Below, piece by piece: positions 1-9,250 of a stretch of 64,000 nucleotides of DNA (position 1 is the first letter of the stretch; every line of letters starts with the position of its first letter). The DNA comes from Clostridia bacterium (GTDB lineage Bacteria > Bacillota > Clostridia > Oscillospirales > Acutalibacteraceae): positions 5,666-69,665 of the forward strand of contig JAFQHU010000011.1 of assembly GCA_017397845.1 (NCBI GenBank). The letters are read 5' to 3'. The notes beneath the pieces are model-generated. The model saw nothing but the letters and a program-made list of their open reading frames with translations. It was not told the origin of the DNA and did not search any database. The position numbers and the translations under genes are program-made.

Positions 1-1
1 T

Positions 2-553
2 GATCAGAATACCACAAGTATTTACTTCGACGGTTTTAAAAATACCGAATACTTCAAGTATTATAACGGTTTGATAAATAATGAAAGATTGCTTGATGCA
101 ATGAGAAAACATGGCTACACAGGACTTTTCTGTATTCATCCCATTCATATGAAGCAAACTGTAGATTTTACAGAAAATGATGTTTTTAAAGTCAATGAGG
201 GATACATTGATTACAATGATGTTTTTGCGCATTCTTCTATGATGATTACGGACTATTCCAGTGTTTTGTTTGACTTTGCTTATCTCAGAAAGCCTGTAGT
301 TTATACTCACTTTGACAAAGAAGATTTCTTTGCCGGGCAGATTTATGACGAAGGTTATTTCAGTTATGAAAATGACGGATTTGGTCCGGTTTGCTATGAT
401 ATGGAATCTACTGTTGATGCGATTGTTGCTATTATGGAGCGAGAATGTGAAAATGAGCAAAAGTATCTCGATAGAATAAACAAATTTTATGCTTACAGTG
501 ACAAGAATAATTGTGAGAGAATTTATAATGCTATTATGAAAAAGGATAAATAA
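2..553 (+). CDS. CDP-glycerol glycerophosphotransferase family protein (TagF/TagB-like), C-terminal part; 5' end outside window
   Basis: The reading frame is open from nt 2; the track entry starts at an internal TTG at 71. The C-terminal string HPIHMK...SSMMITDYSSVLFDFAYLRKPVVYTHFD is typical of teichoic-acid CDP-glycerol transferases. Confidence 0.7.
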   Translation, partial: DQNTTSIYFDGFKNTEYFKYYNGLINNERLLDAMRKHGYTGLFCIHPIHMKQTVDFTENDVFKVNEGYIDYNDVFAHSSMMITDYSSVLFDFAYLRKPVVYTHFDKEDFFAGQIYDEGYFSYENDGFGPVCYDMESTVDAIVAIMERECENEQKYLDRINKFYAYSDKNNCERIYNAIMKKDK

Positions 554-571
554 TCTTTAAGGGTGATTTGA

Positions 572-1627
572 ATGATATTTTTTGTTTTCATTTTGGCAAT
601 GATAATGTTCTATGAACTAAAAATTGCCGATAAAAATGAGTTTATCAGTGATTATATTTCCCCCGCAAGCACAACAAGTATAAACGGAGTGTTTGTCATT
701 CTTGTTTTTCTTAGTCACATCAGCCAGTATATAAAACTTGATGGAATTTATGACGGCCCCTATTCAGTATTGAAAACTAATCTCGGACAGATGGTGGTAG
801 TTACTTTTCTTTTCTATTCAGGGTACGGAATTATGGAGTCAATAAAGAAGAAGGGTTTTACCTATGTAAAAGATATTCCTTTCAAACGCTTTTTCAAACT
901 GTTTTATCATATGGTTATAGCCGTTTTGCTCTATGTGGTCATGAACTTTTTTCTGGGTAATGCATTTAGTTTTAAGAAAACTATGTTGGCATTTACAGGA
1001 TGGATAAGTATAGGAAACAGCAACTGGTATATTTTGGCAGTTTTTGTGGTTTATATTATTACATTCTTTTCATTTGTTGTTTTCAGAAAGTATAAGTATC
1101 TTGCTGTTACGGCGGTAACCATACTGTCAGTCGCCTATGTGTATCTTCTTATGCGTATAGGAAAAGAGTCGTGGTATTATAACACACTTATTCTTTATGC
1201 TGCGGGTATGTGGTATTCCCTACTGAAAAAGTATATAGAAGCTGTTCTGATGAAAAATGATATAATCTACCTTGTGACAGGCGTGATGATTGTTGCATTA
1301 TACTATTACGTATACCTTAACCGCGTAAAGGGTATAGAGTGGTACTCAGTATGGGGAATTCTGTTTATGACTTTGGTTCTGATGCTCACGATGAAACTAA
1401 AGATAAGCAACCGTATTTTAAATTTTTTTGGTTCTCATGTTTTCAGCATATACATTCTCCAAAGGATACCTATGGCGGTACTTACGAGAATTGGATTAAA
1501 CACGTCTCATAAATATGCCTTTACATTACTTTGCTTTTTTATTACCATTGCTATTGCGGTGCTTTATGATTATTTTATAGATAAACTTGACGGAATTATT
1601 TATTTTCACTGTAAAAAGAATGCATAA
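572..1627 (+). CDS. Acyltransferase family 3 integral membrane protein (O-acyl/acetyltransferase type)
   Basis: 351 aa, about 10 hydrophobic segments, N-terminal INGVFVILVFLSHISQY pattern typical of acyltransferase-3. A GGGTGA SD precedes the ATG. Confidence 0.65.
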   Translation: MIFFVFILAMIMFYELKIADKNEFISDYISPASTTSINGVFVILVFLSHISQYIKLDGIYDGPYSVLKTNLGQMVVVTFLFYSGYGIMESIKKKGFTYVKDIPFKRFFKLFYHMVIAVLLYVVMNFFLGNAFSFKKTMLAFTGWISIGNSNWYILAVFVVYIITFFSFVVFRKYKYLAVTAVTILSVAYVYLLMRIGKESWYYNTLILYAAGMWYSLLKKYIEAVLMKNDIIYLVTGVMIVALYYYVYLNRVKGIEWYSVWGILFMTLVLMLTMKLKISNRILNFFGSHVFSIYILQRIPMAVLTRIGLNTSHKYAFTLLCFFITIAIAVLYDYFIDKLDGIIYFHCKKNA

Positions 1628-1643
1628 TTAGGTTGTTTCGGAT

Positions 1644-1676
1644 GGACAGATTATTTCTGTCTGTCCGTATTTTTTA
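1644..1676 (+). terminator. Rho-independent terminator after the acyltransferase gene
   Basis: GGACAGA / TCTGTCC stem (1644-1650 / 1660-1666) followed by GTATTTTTT. Confidence 0.6.
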
Positions 1677-1798
1677 TCTGCGTTTTGTTACAATTAACAT
1701 TTTCATCTTGAAATCCCCTTTATTATGTGTTATCATAACCTATAAGATTATAAGGAAAAATACACCTACAAAGAATATTAATAAACAGGAGTGATATT

Positions 1799-3364
1799 AT
1801 GAAGTGCAGTTATTGCGGAAATGAACTTGAAAAAGGCGCTGATTTCTGCCCCGGTTGCGGTATGATTTTAGGCATTAATGAACCCGTTGATGAACCGAAA
1901 GCCGAAACAGCTGAACCTGAATTTAAGGTTCCTGAATACATACCGAATGTTTTTCAGGCTGTTGATACGGAAGAGGAGGAAACTGCTGTTCCGGCTATGG
2001 AGCTTGAAAGTGACGAAAAAGAGGAAACTGTTCCCGTAACAGAAAATATCCCTGAATATGTTTCGGATATACCTGATTACGAAAATTACGAGTTTGAAGA
2101 TGTATCTTCCGGTAAGCCTGTCGAAGAAAATGAGCCTGAGTCTGATGAAAAAGATATCACCGATACGGTCAAGGCTGCTGATCTGGACTTTTCCGAGGAC
2201 GAGTTGACTGCTCCCGAATATATTCCTGCACCCGATATGCCTTCTGAGGATGAGCTGGATATCAGAATCCCTGAAAATGATACTATATATCCTGAATATG
2301 AAAAATATAAAAATGACCGGGCTGAAAAGGAAAATGATATTGAGGCTGACGAAGATTATGAAGAAATCGAAAGCAACGATATTTTCGTTGAATCTTCCAA
2401 AAAGAATAATAAGGTTCTTGCAGTATTCCTTGTTATAGCAGTTATCTGTGTTCTTGTTGGCGGTGTTTATGCAGTCAAGAATGTTATTCCTGCCATTGGC
2501 GGAAAAGATACAACCACCACCGAGGCACAGCAGACGGGTGATGTCACAGAGGACGATACCACGGATCCTGAGGAGGATACCACCGAAGCTGAAGAAGACA
2601 CGTCTGAATCCGAGGAAAATACAACTGATGGTGAGGAAGATACAACTCTTTCAGGTGCTGTAAGTGAAGATGAAACTACAGACGAAGCAACAGAGGATGA
2701 AGAAACAACTGCTGAGGAAGTGACTGAAAACGAAGACCTTACCACAGCTCCTTCTACTACAGTTCCTTCCACAACCAAACCTGTTACTACTACCGTACCG
2801 TCTGTTACAAAGCCTGTAACAACAACGAGACCTTCCACAACCAAACCGACTACAACAGACCCTTACGGCATAAATGATGTTGAGGTCAAAAAACCCGCAA
2901 AATACGGAAAGTCATATACTCTTTACTGTACCGCTGAGGGTGTTATTCTCAGAAACGCTCCCTCCAAATCCTCCGAAAGAGTTCTCTATCTTTCAAAGGG
3001 TGCCGACCTTACTGTTTATGCCAAAGAAAACGGATATTATTACGTAAGAAGCAACCGCTACGGTGTATACGGTTGGGTAAGTGCAGCTTATGCTTCCGAG
3101 GGAAGACCCGAAGCAGAGACCACCAAGGTTTATAAAAACACAGTAACACCTGATAAAAAATACGGGGATGTAAAGGTTAAATATACCACAAACGGACTTA
3201 ATCTCCGTAAGGGTCCCGGTACCGATTACGGTGTAATTACTCTTATCCCTAAAAATTATCCTGTAAAAGTAATCGGTTATAAGAACGGTGTTTCGGGTTG
3301 GGTTTATGTAACGGATACCACTTACGGCTATTCAGGCTGGGTATCATCAGCATACATCAAGTAA
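1799..3364 (+). CDS. Zinc-ribbon / acidic low-complexity / single-TM / Thr-Pro linker / 2x SH3b-like domain protein
   Basis: N-terminal CxxC...CxxC (MKCSYCGNELEKGADFCPGCG), TM segment VLAVFLVIAVICVLVGGVYAV, and a D/E/T-rich tract followed by PSTTKPVTTT repeats. Two C-terminal units end in GWVSAAY and GWVSSAY, typical of bacterial SH3. A GGAG SD is present. Confidence 0.7.
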   Translation: MKCSYCGNELEKGADFCPGCGMILGINEPVDEPKAETAEPEFKVPEYIPNVFQAVDTEEEETAVPAMELESDEKEETVPVTENIPEYVSDIPDYENYEFEDVSSGKPVEENEPESDEKDITDTVKAADLDFSEDELTAPEYIPAPDMPSEDELDIRIPENDTIYPEYEKYKNDRAEKENDIEADEDYEEIESNDIFVESSKKNNKVLAVFLVIAVICVLVGGVYAVKNVIPAIGGKDTTTTEAQQTGDVTEDDTTDPEEDTTEAEEDTSESEENTTDGEEDTTLSGAVSEDETTDEATEDEETTAEEVTENEDLTTAPSTTVPSTTKPVTTTVPSVTKPVTTTRPSTTKPTTTDPYGINDVEVKKPAKYGKSYTLYCTAEGVILRNAPSKSSERVLYLSKGADLTVYAKENGYYYVRSNRYGVYGWVSAAYASEGRPEAETTKVYKNTVTPDKKYGDVKVKYTTNGLNLRKGPGTDYGVITLIPKNYPVKVIGYKNGVSGWVYVTDTTYGYSGWVSSAYIK

Positions 3365-3381
3365 AAAAGAGGAGAAAAATT

Positions 3382-5139
3382 ATGATGACACTTAAAACAC
3401 GTTGGGCAGACGAGGCTATGTGCGATTTACCGCTTTCCGAATATCCCCGTCCCCAGATGGTAAGAGATAATTGGACAAACCTTAACGGAATGTTTGATTT
3501 TGCGGTTTGTGATGAAAAGACCGAATGGTGTGAGGATTATTCTGAGCAAATAAGAGTACCTTTCGCTGTTGAAAGCTGTTTGTCGGGTATATGCAGAAGA
3601 ATCAGCGCAAAGGATCGCCTTTGGTACCGTAAAAAGTTCACCACTGATATGTCAAAGAGAACACTTCTTCATTTCGGTGCTGTTGACTGGGAATGTAATG
3701 TTTACGTAAACGGTAAAGAGGTAGGCTCTCATACAGGCGGCTATTGCCCCTTTACCTTTGACATCACCTCTGCTGTTAAAGAAGGTGAAAATGAGCTCGT
3801 TGTAAAGGTTTACGATCCTACCGATGAAGGTTGGCAGAACAGAGGTAAGCAGGCAAGTGAATCCCACGGCTTCTGGTATACCTCAACCTCCGGTATCTGG
3901 CAAACTGTTTGGCTTGAAAGTGTCAGTGAGAATTATATCAGAAATTACAAGCTCACTCCCGATATCGACCGTGGTGTTATCGGTATAAAAACCGATATCT
4001 GCGGCAAGGGTGATCTTTATCTTAAAATATTTGACGGTGAAACCCTCGTGGCTGAAAAGGCTGTTTCTGCTGATGATGTTGCAGAAATTCCTGCCATGAA
4101 GCTTTGGTCTCCCGAAACTCCGAATCTTTATGATTTTGTTCTTGAACTCAGAAACGGCGATGCTGCAGAGGATAGCGTAAAAGGCTATTTTGCCATGAGA
4201 AAGTTCAGCATAGGCGAATACGAGGGTTACAACAGACTTTTCCTTAATAATGAGCCTTATTTCCAAAGAGGCCTTCTCGATCAGGGCTATTGGAGCGACG
4301 GCGGTCTGACGCCGCCTACAGATGAGGCTATGATATATGATATTCAGGTTATGAAGGATCTTGGCTTTAATATGCTTCGTAAGCATATCAAGGTTGAGCC
4401 TGCCAGATGGTATTATCATTGCGACAGGATAGGTATGCTCGTATGGCAGGATATGGTTTCCGGCGGTAAGGCACTCAATACCTTCCATGCAGGTGTGCTT
4501 CCCAATGTACAGGGTGTGCTTAATCCTATAGTGAATCTTTCGAAGAAGGACAATGCTTATGCCACCTTTAACCGTGACAGAATAGAGTGGAGACAGCAAT
4601 TTGAAGAGGAACTCTTTGAAATGATTGATTCTCTTTATAATTATCCGTCCATCTGTTGCTGGGTACCTTTTAATGAAGGTTGGGGTCAGTTTGATGCGAA
4701 GAGAATCGGCGATGCCGTCAAAGCATATGATCCTACACGTTTTGTAGACCATGCGAGCGGTTGGTATGATCAGAAGGGCTGCGATTTCAGAAGTATGCAT
4801 AAATACATTCTTCCTGTTATTCTTCCCAAATATGACGGCAGACCCATCGTTCTCAGTGAATACGGCGGATACAGTAATAAGATCCCGAATCACGTATGGA
4901 ATTGGGAAAAGAGCTTTGGTTATCAGATGTATAAGGATAAGGATGCACTCACAGCGGCATACAAAAAGCTTCACGAAAAGCAGATTATTCCTCAAATTAA
5001 AAAGGGACTTTCTGCTACAGTTTATACTCAGGTTTCTGACGTTGAATTTGAGGTTAACGGTATGCTTTCTTATGACAGAGAGCTTATAAAGCTTCACGAA
5101 GATGTTATAAAAGAAATTAACGCAAAAATGACTTATTAA
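3382..5139 (+). CDS. Glycoside hydrolase family 2 protein (beta-galactosidase/glucuronidase-like), no signal peptide
   Basis: Start moved to ATG 3382 (SD AGAGGAG). GH2-type N-terminal sugar-binding pattern (YPRPQMVRDNWTNLNG), TIM-barrel motifs NMLRKH and WVPFNEGWGQ. Confidence 0.8.
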   Translation: MMTLKTRWADEAMCDLPLSEYPRPQMVRDNWTNLNGMFDFAVCDEKTEWCEDYSEQIRVPFAVESCLSGICRRISAKDRLWYRKKFTTDMSKRTLLHFGAVDWECNVYVNGKEVGSHTGGYCPFTFDITSAVKEGENELVVKVYDPTDEGWQNRGKQASESHGFWYTSTSGIWQTVWLESVSENYIRNYKLTPDIDRGVIGIKTDICGKGDLYLKIFDGETLVAEKAVSADDVAEIPAMKLWSPETPNLYDFVLELRNGDAAEDSVKGYFAMRKFSIGEYEGYNRLFLNNEPYFQRGLLDQGYWSDGGLTPPTDEAMIYDIQVMKDLGFNMLRKHIKVEPARWYYHCDRIGMLVWQDMVSGGKALNTFHAGVLPNVQGVLNPIVNLSKKDNAYATFNRDRIEWRQQFEEELFEMIDSLYNYPSICCWVPFNEGWGQFDAKRIGDAVKAYDPTRFVDHASGWYDQKGCDFRSMHKYILPVILPKYDGRPIVLSEYGGYSNKIPNHVWNWEKSFGYQMYKDKDALTAAYKKLHEKQIIPQIKKGLSATVYTQVSDVEFEVNGMLSYDRELIKLHEDVIKEINAKMTY

Positions 5140-5149
5140 AACAAAAAAA

Positions 5150-5180
5150 GGCGCTGACCTGTTTTCGGGTCGGCGCTTTA
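5150..5180 (+). terminator. Candidate terminator after the GH2 gene
   Basis: GCGCTGACC / GGTCGGCGC stem (one G-U pair) but only a short T tract (TTTA). Confidence 0.45.
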
Positions 5181-5197
5181 ACAAAGGCGGCGAAAAT

Positions 5198-6199
5198 ATG
5201 AAGGACAAAGGCTATACCAAGCTCAAACTTTTGTACATAAAGGACTATTTGGAAAAAAACAGTGACGAGGAGCATCCTGTGAGTGTCGAAATATTGACGG
5301 ATATGCTTGGCGAAAAGGGGATTACCTGTGAAAGAAAATCCATTTACAGTGATGTAAAAGCTCTCAAAGAATACGGCGTGGATATCGTTTCGGTCAAAAA
5401 GCCTTTTGCGGGCTATGCGGTTTTATCCCGTGAATTTGAGGTCCCCGAAATCAGACTTCTTATAGATGCTGTTCAGGCGGCGGATTTTATTTCGCCCAAA
5501 AAGACCAGAGAGCTGATTGATAAAATGGGAACACTTTGCAGTTCCTTTCAGAGTAAAAGCTTACAGAAACAGGTATATATTGATAATAGAGTGAAATGTG
5601 CCAATGAGGAGATTTATTATAATATAGATGTGGTCAGCCGGGCCATTCAGCAAAAAAAGAAAATCAGCTTTATATATTATAAAAGAAAGCTAAAAGACGG
5701 AGAAAAGGTTATCGTCAGCGACGAAAAGGAGTTTACCGTAAGTCCCTATGCTCTTATATGGAGCAACGATCACTATTATCTCGTTTCCAATAACGAAAAA
5801 TACGATAACCTTATGCATACCCGTATAGACAGGATGAAGAAGGTTAATATCACTGAGGAAAAAGCGAGAGATTTCTCGGAGGTTTCTGAATATAAAAACT
5901 ATTTTGATGTGGCTGACTATTCCTCAAAAAGCTTTAATATGTACAGCGGTGATACTCAGCGTTTAGTCATTTCCTGTGACAATTCCATTTTAGAGGAGAT
6001 TATCGACCGTTTCGGTGACGAGGGTATAAGAGAGGACAAAGATGACCGCCGTTTTGTGCTTTCCACACGTTGTGTGGTCAGTGAGGGACTCGCTTCGTGG
6101 ATAATGCAGTTCGGAAGCAAGGTAAAGGTTTTGGAGCCGCAAAGACTTTGCGAAGAAATCAGAAGCAAGGCTGAAGAAATCCTGCGCACATACGAATAA
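5198..6199 (+). CDS. HTH + WYL domain transcriptional regulator (YafY-like)
   Basis: N-terminal winged-HTH-like segment (LLYIKDYLEKNSDEEHPVSVEILTDML) and a central WYL-type segment (VSPYALIWSNDHYYLVS). The size (333 aa) is typical of this family. Confidence 0.7.
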   Translation: MKDKGYTKLKLLYIKDYLEKNSDEEHPVSVEILTDMLGEKGITCERKSIYSDVKALKEYGVDIVSVKKPFAGYAVLSREFEVPEIRLLIDAVQAADFISPKKTRELIDKMGTLCSSFQSKSLQKQVYIDNRVKCANEEIYYNIDVVSRAIQQKKKISFIYYKRKLKDGEKVIVSDEKEFTVSPYALIWSNDHYYLVSNNEKYDNLMHTRIDRMKKVNITEEKARDFSEVSEYKNYFDVADYSSKSFNMYSGDTQRLVISCDNSILEEIIDRFGDEGIREDKDDRRFVLSTRCVVSEGLASWIMQFGSKVKVLEPQRLCEEIRSKAEEILRTYE

Positions 6200-6320
6200 A
6201 TGTGAGGGTGCTTTTCTTTGTGAAAGGCATCTTTTTTTATTTAAATTGTATTAAGGTTAATCAATTAAAATAAAAGTGACAGTAAAAATATGGTGTTAAC
6301 TGACCGAAGGAAGTGATAGT

Positions 6321-7829
6321 ATGAAGAAAACAGTATTTTTGACCGGTGCTACAGGAAATATGGGATTTTCAGGCTTCAAAGAGCTTTATGAAAGAAAGCA
6401 TATGTACAATATAGTTCTGTTGGTGTTTGAAGGTGAAAAGGAAGAGAATCTGAAAAAGCTGGAGCCTTATGCAGATGATCCCTGCGTGAAAATTGTTTAC
6501 GGGGACCTTGTAAATTATGATGATGTTCTCCGCTGTGTGGAGGGCTGTGATATTGTTCTTCATGTGGGCGGGATGGTTTCTCCTGCCGCCGATTACTTCC
6601 CGAAAAAAACCATGCACGTCAATATCACTGCCATGGAAAATATAGTAAAGGCAGTAAAGGCACAGAAAAATGCCGACAGTATAAAGGTCGTTTATATAGG
6701 TACTGTGGCACAGACAGGAGACAGAAATATTCCCACCCATTGGGGAAGAACGGGTGACCCTATTCAAATAAGCGTTTATGATCATTATGCTCTCAGTAAA
6801 ACAATAGCAGAAAGAATACTTGCCGAATCGGGACTCAGATACTGGGTTTCGCTGAGACAGACCGGAATTCTCTATCCCGACATTCTTAAGAATATGGATC
6901 CGATTATGTTTCATGTTCCCATTAACGGTGTGCTGGAATGGGTTACCGTAGAGGACAGCGGCAGACTTTGCGCCAAAGTATGCAACGATAAAATTCCTGA
7001 AGATTTCTGGAGAAGATTTTACAATATAAGCTCAGGTCCCGATTACCGCATAACCAACTATGAATTTGAGGTGATGCTTCTCAATGCCATAGGAATGGCA
7101 GGTAAGGACATACCCAAAAAGCTTTTTCAGCCAAATTGGTTTATATTGCAAAATTTCCACGGTCAATGGTATACAGATGCGGATGAATTGGAAAATTATC
7201 TTCATTTCCGTCTGAATATTCCTATAAAGGAATATTTTAAACGTCTCGCTGCGGAAGCACCGAAATTTTTTAAGCTTTCAGCCGTGGCACCGCCTGAGGT
7301 GCTGAAAAAGAATATGATGCAGCCTTTGGTAAATACTCCTCTTTACGGAACACAGGCATGGACAGCCAACGGTATAAAGGACAGAATAACGGCTTTTTAC
7401 GGCTCCATGGAAAAATACAGATCGATACCCGAAAGCTGGGAAGATTTTGAAATAATTGTTCCTGATAAAGAGGATATGAAATATCTTGATCACGGATATG
7501 ATGAAACGAAAGATTTCCATTCTCTGAAAATCAGCGACATGAAAAAGGCTGCGGCATTCAGGGGCGGAAAGTGTCTGAGCCTCAGAATGGGTGCGGATAT
7601 GTATACTCCTTTGGAATGGAAATGTGCTCACGGACATAAATTCCGTATGTCACCTAATCTGGTTTTAAGGGGAGGACATTGGTGTCCCGAATGTATGCCC
7701 ATGCCATGGAAATATGACGAAATCGCCAAAAAGAATCCCTTTTTTGCTCAGGTATGGTATTCACATCACGGTAAAGACGAAAATAATGTATATACCGAGG
7801 ATATTTATTATGCTTACGAAAAGGATTAA
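6321..7829 (+). CDS. NAD(P)-dependent epimerase/dehydratase-fold (SDR) protein with a C-terminal zinc-ribbon-like extension
   Basis: Rossmann motif LTGATGNMG at the N-terminus and YxxxK (YALSK). C-terminal WKCAHGHKFRMSPNLVLRGGHWCPEC resembles a treble-clef/zinc-ribbon module. Confidence 0.6.
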   Translation: MKKTVFLTGATGNMGFSGFKELYERKHMYNIVLLVFEGEKEENLKKLEPYADDPCVKIVYGDLVNYDDVLRCVEGCDIVLHVGGMVSPAADYFPKKTMHVNITAMENIVKAVKAQKNADSIKVVYIGTVAQTGDRNIPTHWGRTGDPIQISVYDHYALSKTIAERILAESGLRYWVSLRQTGILYPDILKNMDPIMFHVPINGVLEWVTVEDSGRLCAKVCNDKIPEDFWRRFYNISSGPDYRITNYEFEVMLLNAIGMAGKDIPKKLFQPNWFILQNFHGQWYTDADELENYLHFRLNIPIKEYFKRLAAEAPKFFKLSAVAPPEVLKKNMMQPLVNTPLYGTQAWTANGIKDRITAFYGSMEKYRSIPESWEDFEIIVPDKEDMKYLDHGYDETKDFHSLKISDMKKAAAFRGGKCLSLRMGADMYTPLEWKCAHGHKFRMSPNLVLRGGHWCPECMPMPWKYDEIAKKNPFFAQVWYSHHGKDENNVYTEDIYYAYEKD

Positions 7830-7850
7830 AAAAATATTTGAAAAAAATGA

Positions 7851-7879
7851 TTGACAAATATTGACCCTTGTGCTATACT
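7851..7879 (+). promoter_or_regulatory. Sigma-A type promoter for rplU-prp-rpmA
   Basis: TTGACA (7851-7856), 17-nt spacer, TATACT (7874-7879) with extended -10 TG at 7871-7872. Confidence 0.65.
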
Positions 7880-7977
7880 CATTCATACCGCATATTACGG
7901 GCGGCGTGTTTCTGTGCGCCACAAAGATATAATCTGCCCCAAAGTAGCGAGTCCATAATAAAGGAAGGAAAGAAACT
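7880..7977 (+). promoter_or_regulatory. Possible L21 ribosomal-protein leader (5' UTR of rplU)
   Basis: About 100 nt of untranslated leader between the promoter and rplU, the position where Firmicutes carry the L21 leader. I could not verify the consensus structure by eye. Confidence 0.3.
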
Positions 7978-8289
7978 ATGTACGCAATTATCGAAACAGG
8001 CGGCAAGCAGTATAAGGTAGAAGCAGGCGATACCCTCTTTATCGAAAAGCTTGACGTAGAAGCAGACTCCGAGGTTACCTTTGACAAGGTTATCGCAGTT
8101 GGCAGCGACGACGGCATCAAAGTTGGTGCTCCCTACGTTGACGGTGCTACCGTAACAGCAAAGGCAATCAAAAACGGTAAGGGTAAGAAGATTGTTGTCT
8201 TCACTTACAAGTGCAAGAAGAACTCAAAGCGTAAGATGGGCCACAGACAGCCTTACACAAAGGTTGAAATCGCAGCTATCAACGCTTAA
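7978..8289 (+). CDS. rplU: 50S ribosomal protein L21
   Basis: [25 protein letters not shown] is the canonical L21 N-terminus. 103 aa. Confidence 0.95.
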   Translation: MYAIIETGGKQYKVEAGDTLFIEKLDVEADSEVTFDKVIAVGSDDGIKVGAPYVDGATVTAKAIKNGKGKKIVVFTYKCKKNSKRKMGHRQPYTKVEIAAINA

Positions 8290-8291
8290 TT

Positions 8292-8606
8292 ATGATCGAG
8301 GCTACCTTTTATAAGAATAAAGGCTTTATTTCCGGCTTTCTTATTCGCGGCCACAGCGGCTACGCCGAAGAGGGGAGCGATGTGATTTGTGCATCAGTTT
8401 CCTCGGCGGCATATATGGCTGCCAATACACTGACGGAAATCGTTGGTGTAAAGGCCGATATAGCTGTTGAAGACGGCTGTCTTGAACTGACGTTAAAGGA
8501 AGCAAACGATAAAACCGAAATTGTTCTTCAGGGCCTTGAGCTTCACATCAGCACTCTGGCTCAGGATTATGATGAATATATCCTGTGCCGCCAAAAAACT
8601 CTTTAA
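8292..8606 (+). CDS. prp: Ribosomal-processing cysteine protease Prp (YsxB family)
   Basis: GHSGYAEEGSDVICASVS motif (catalytic His/Cys). Conserved position between rplU and rpmA. Confidence 0.9.
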   Translation: MIEATFYKNKGFISGFLIRGHSGYAEEGSDVICASVSSAAYMAANTLTEIVGVKADIAVEDGCLELTLKEANDKTEIVLQGLELHISTLAQDYDEYILCRQKTL

Positions 8607-8628
8607 AAATATTACGGAGGTGTAACAA

Positions 8629-8913
8629 ATGCTTAAGATAAACATTCAATTATTCGCTCACAAAAAAGGTATGGGTTCTACCCGTAACGGCCGTGATTCA
8701 GAATCAAAAAGACTTGGTGTTAAGCGTGCAGACGGTCAGTTCGTTCTTGCAGGTAACATCCTTGTTAAACAGCGCGGTACACACATCCACCCCGGCAACA
8801 ATGTAGGCAGAGGTAAGGATGATACTCTCTTCGCTCTTATCGACGGTAAGGTTAAGTTCGAAAGAATGGGCAAAGACCGTAAAAAGGTAAGCGTTTACGC
8901 TGTTGAGCAGTAA
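8629..8913 (+). CDS. rpmA: 50S ribosomal protein L27 with N-terminal pro-peptide
   Basis: [24 protein letters not shown]: Firmicutes-type extension cleaved by Prp, followed by the canonical L27 core. Confidence 0.95.
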   Translation: MLKINIQLFAHKKGMGSTRNGRDSESKRLGVKRADGQFVLAGNILVKQRGTHIHPGNNVGRGKDDTLFALIDGKVKFERMGKDRKKVSVYAVEQ

Positions 8914-8936
8914 TAAGCATTTATAATTGCAAACAT

Positions 8937-8966
8937 AGCACGTCAGTAATGGCGTGCTTTTTTCTT
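8937..8966 (+). terminator. Rho-independent terminator after rpmA
   Basis: 8-bp stem AGCACGTC / GGCGTGCT, 6-nt loop, T6 run. Confidence 0.75.
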
Positions 8967-9250
8967 TATTACCCACGGTAAAAAATGCAAAATGCAGAAT
9001 TGCGGTCGTGGATATACGAAGATAAACAATATACCCTCCAACCGCAGAGAAACCTGTGCGGCTGGAGGGCAAAGAGTGATTTATAATATTAAATATAGAT
9101 TGTGCAAAATGCTTTCATTTACATTCCTTGGCGGATATTGGGTCTTTTCCGTGGCTGTGCATCATCGATCGGTTTCCGAAATCTTACACGGATATAACAG
9201 GAACGAAGTTCCTCTTTATTTTGCATTCTGCATTAAAAAAGCTTAGCTTT

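Noticed and set aside
2467-2844. 125-aa minus-strand Val/Ser-rich ORF, plus the small plus-strand ORFs at 2250-2663
   Set aside because: They are frame and strand shadows of the acidic, Thr-rich low-complexity tract of the zinc-ribbon/SH3b protein.
3883-5208. 441-aa minus-strand ORF
   Set aside because: It is entirely antisense to the well-supported GH2 gene. The composition is low-complexity and Ile/Phe/Lys-rich, typical of a shadow ORF on the opposite strand of an AT-rich coding region. It has no SD and no recognisable motifs.
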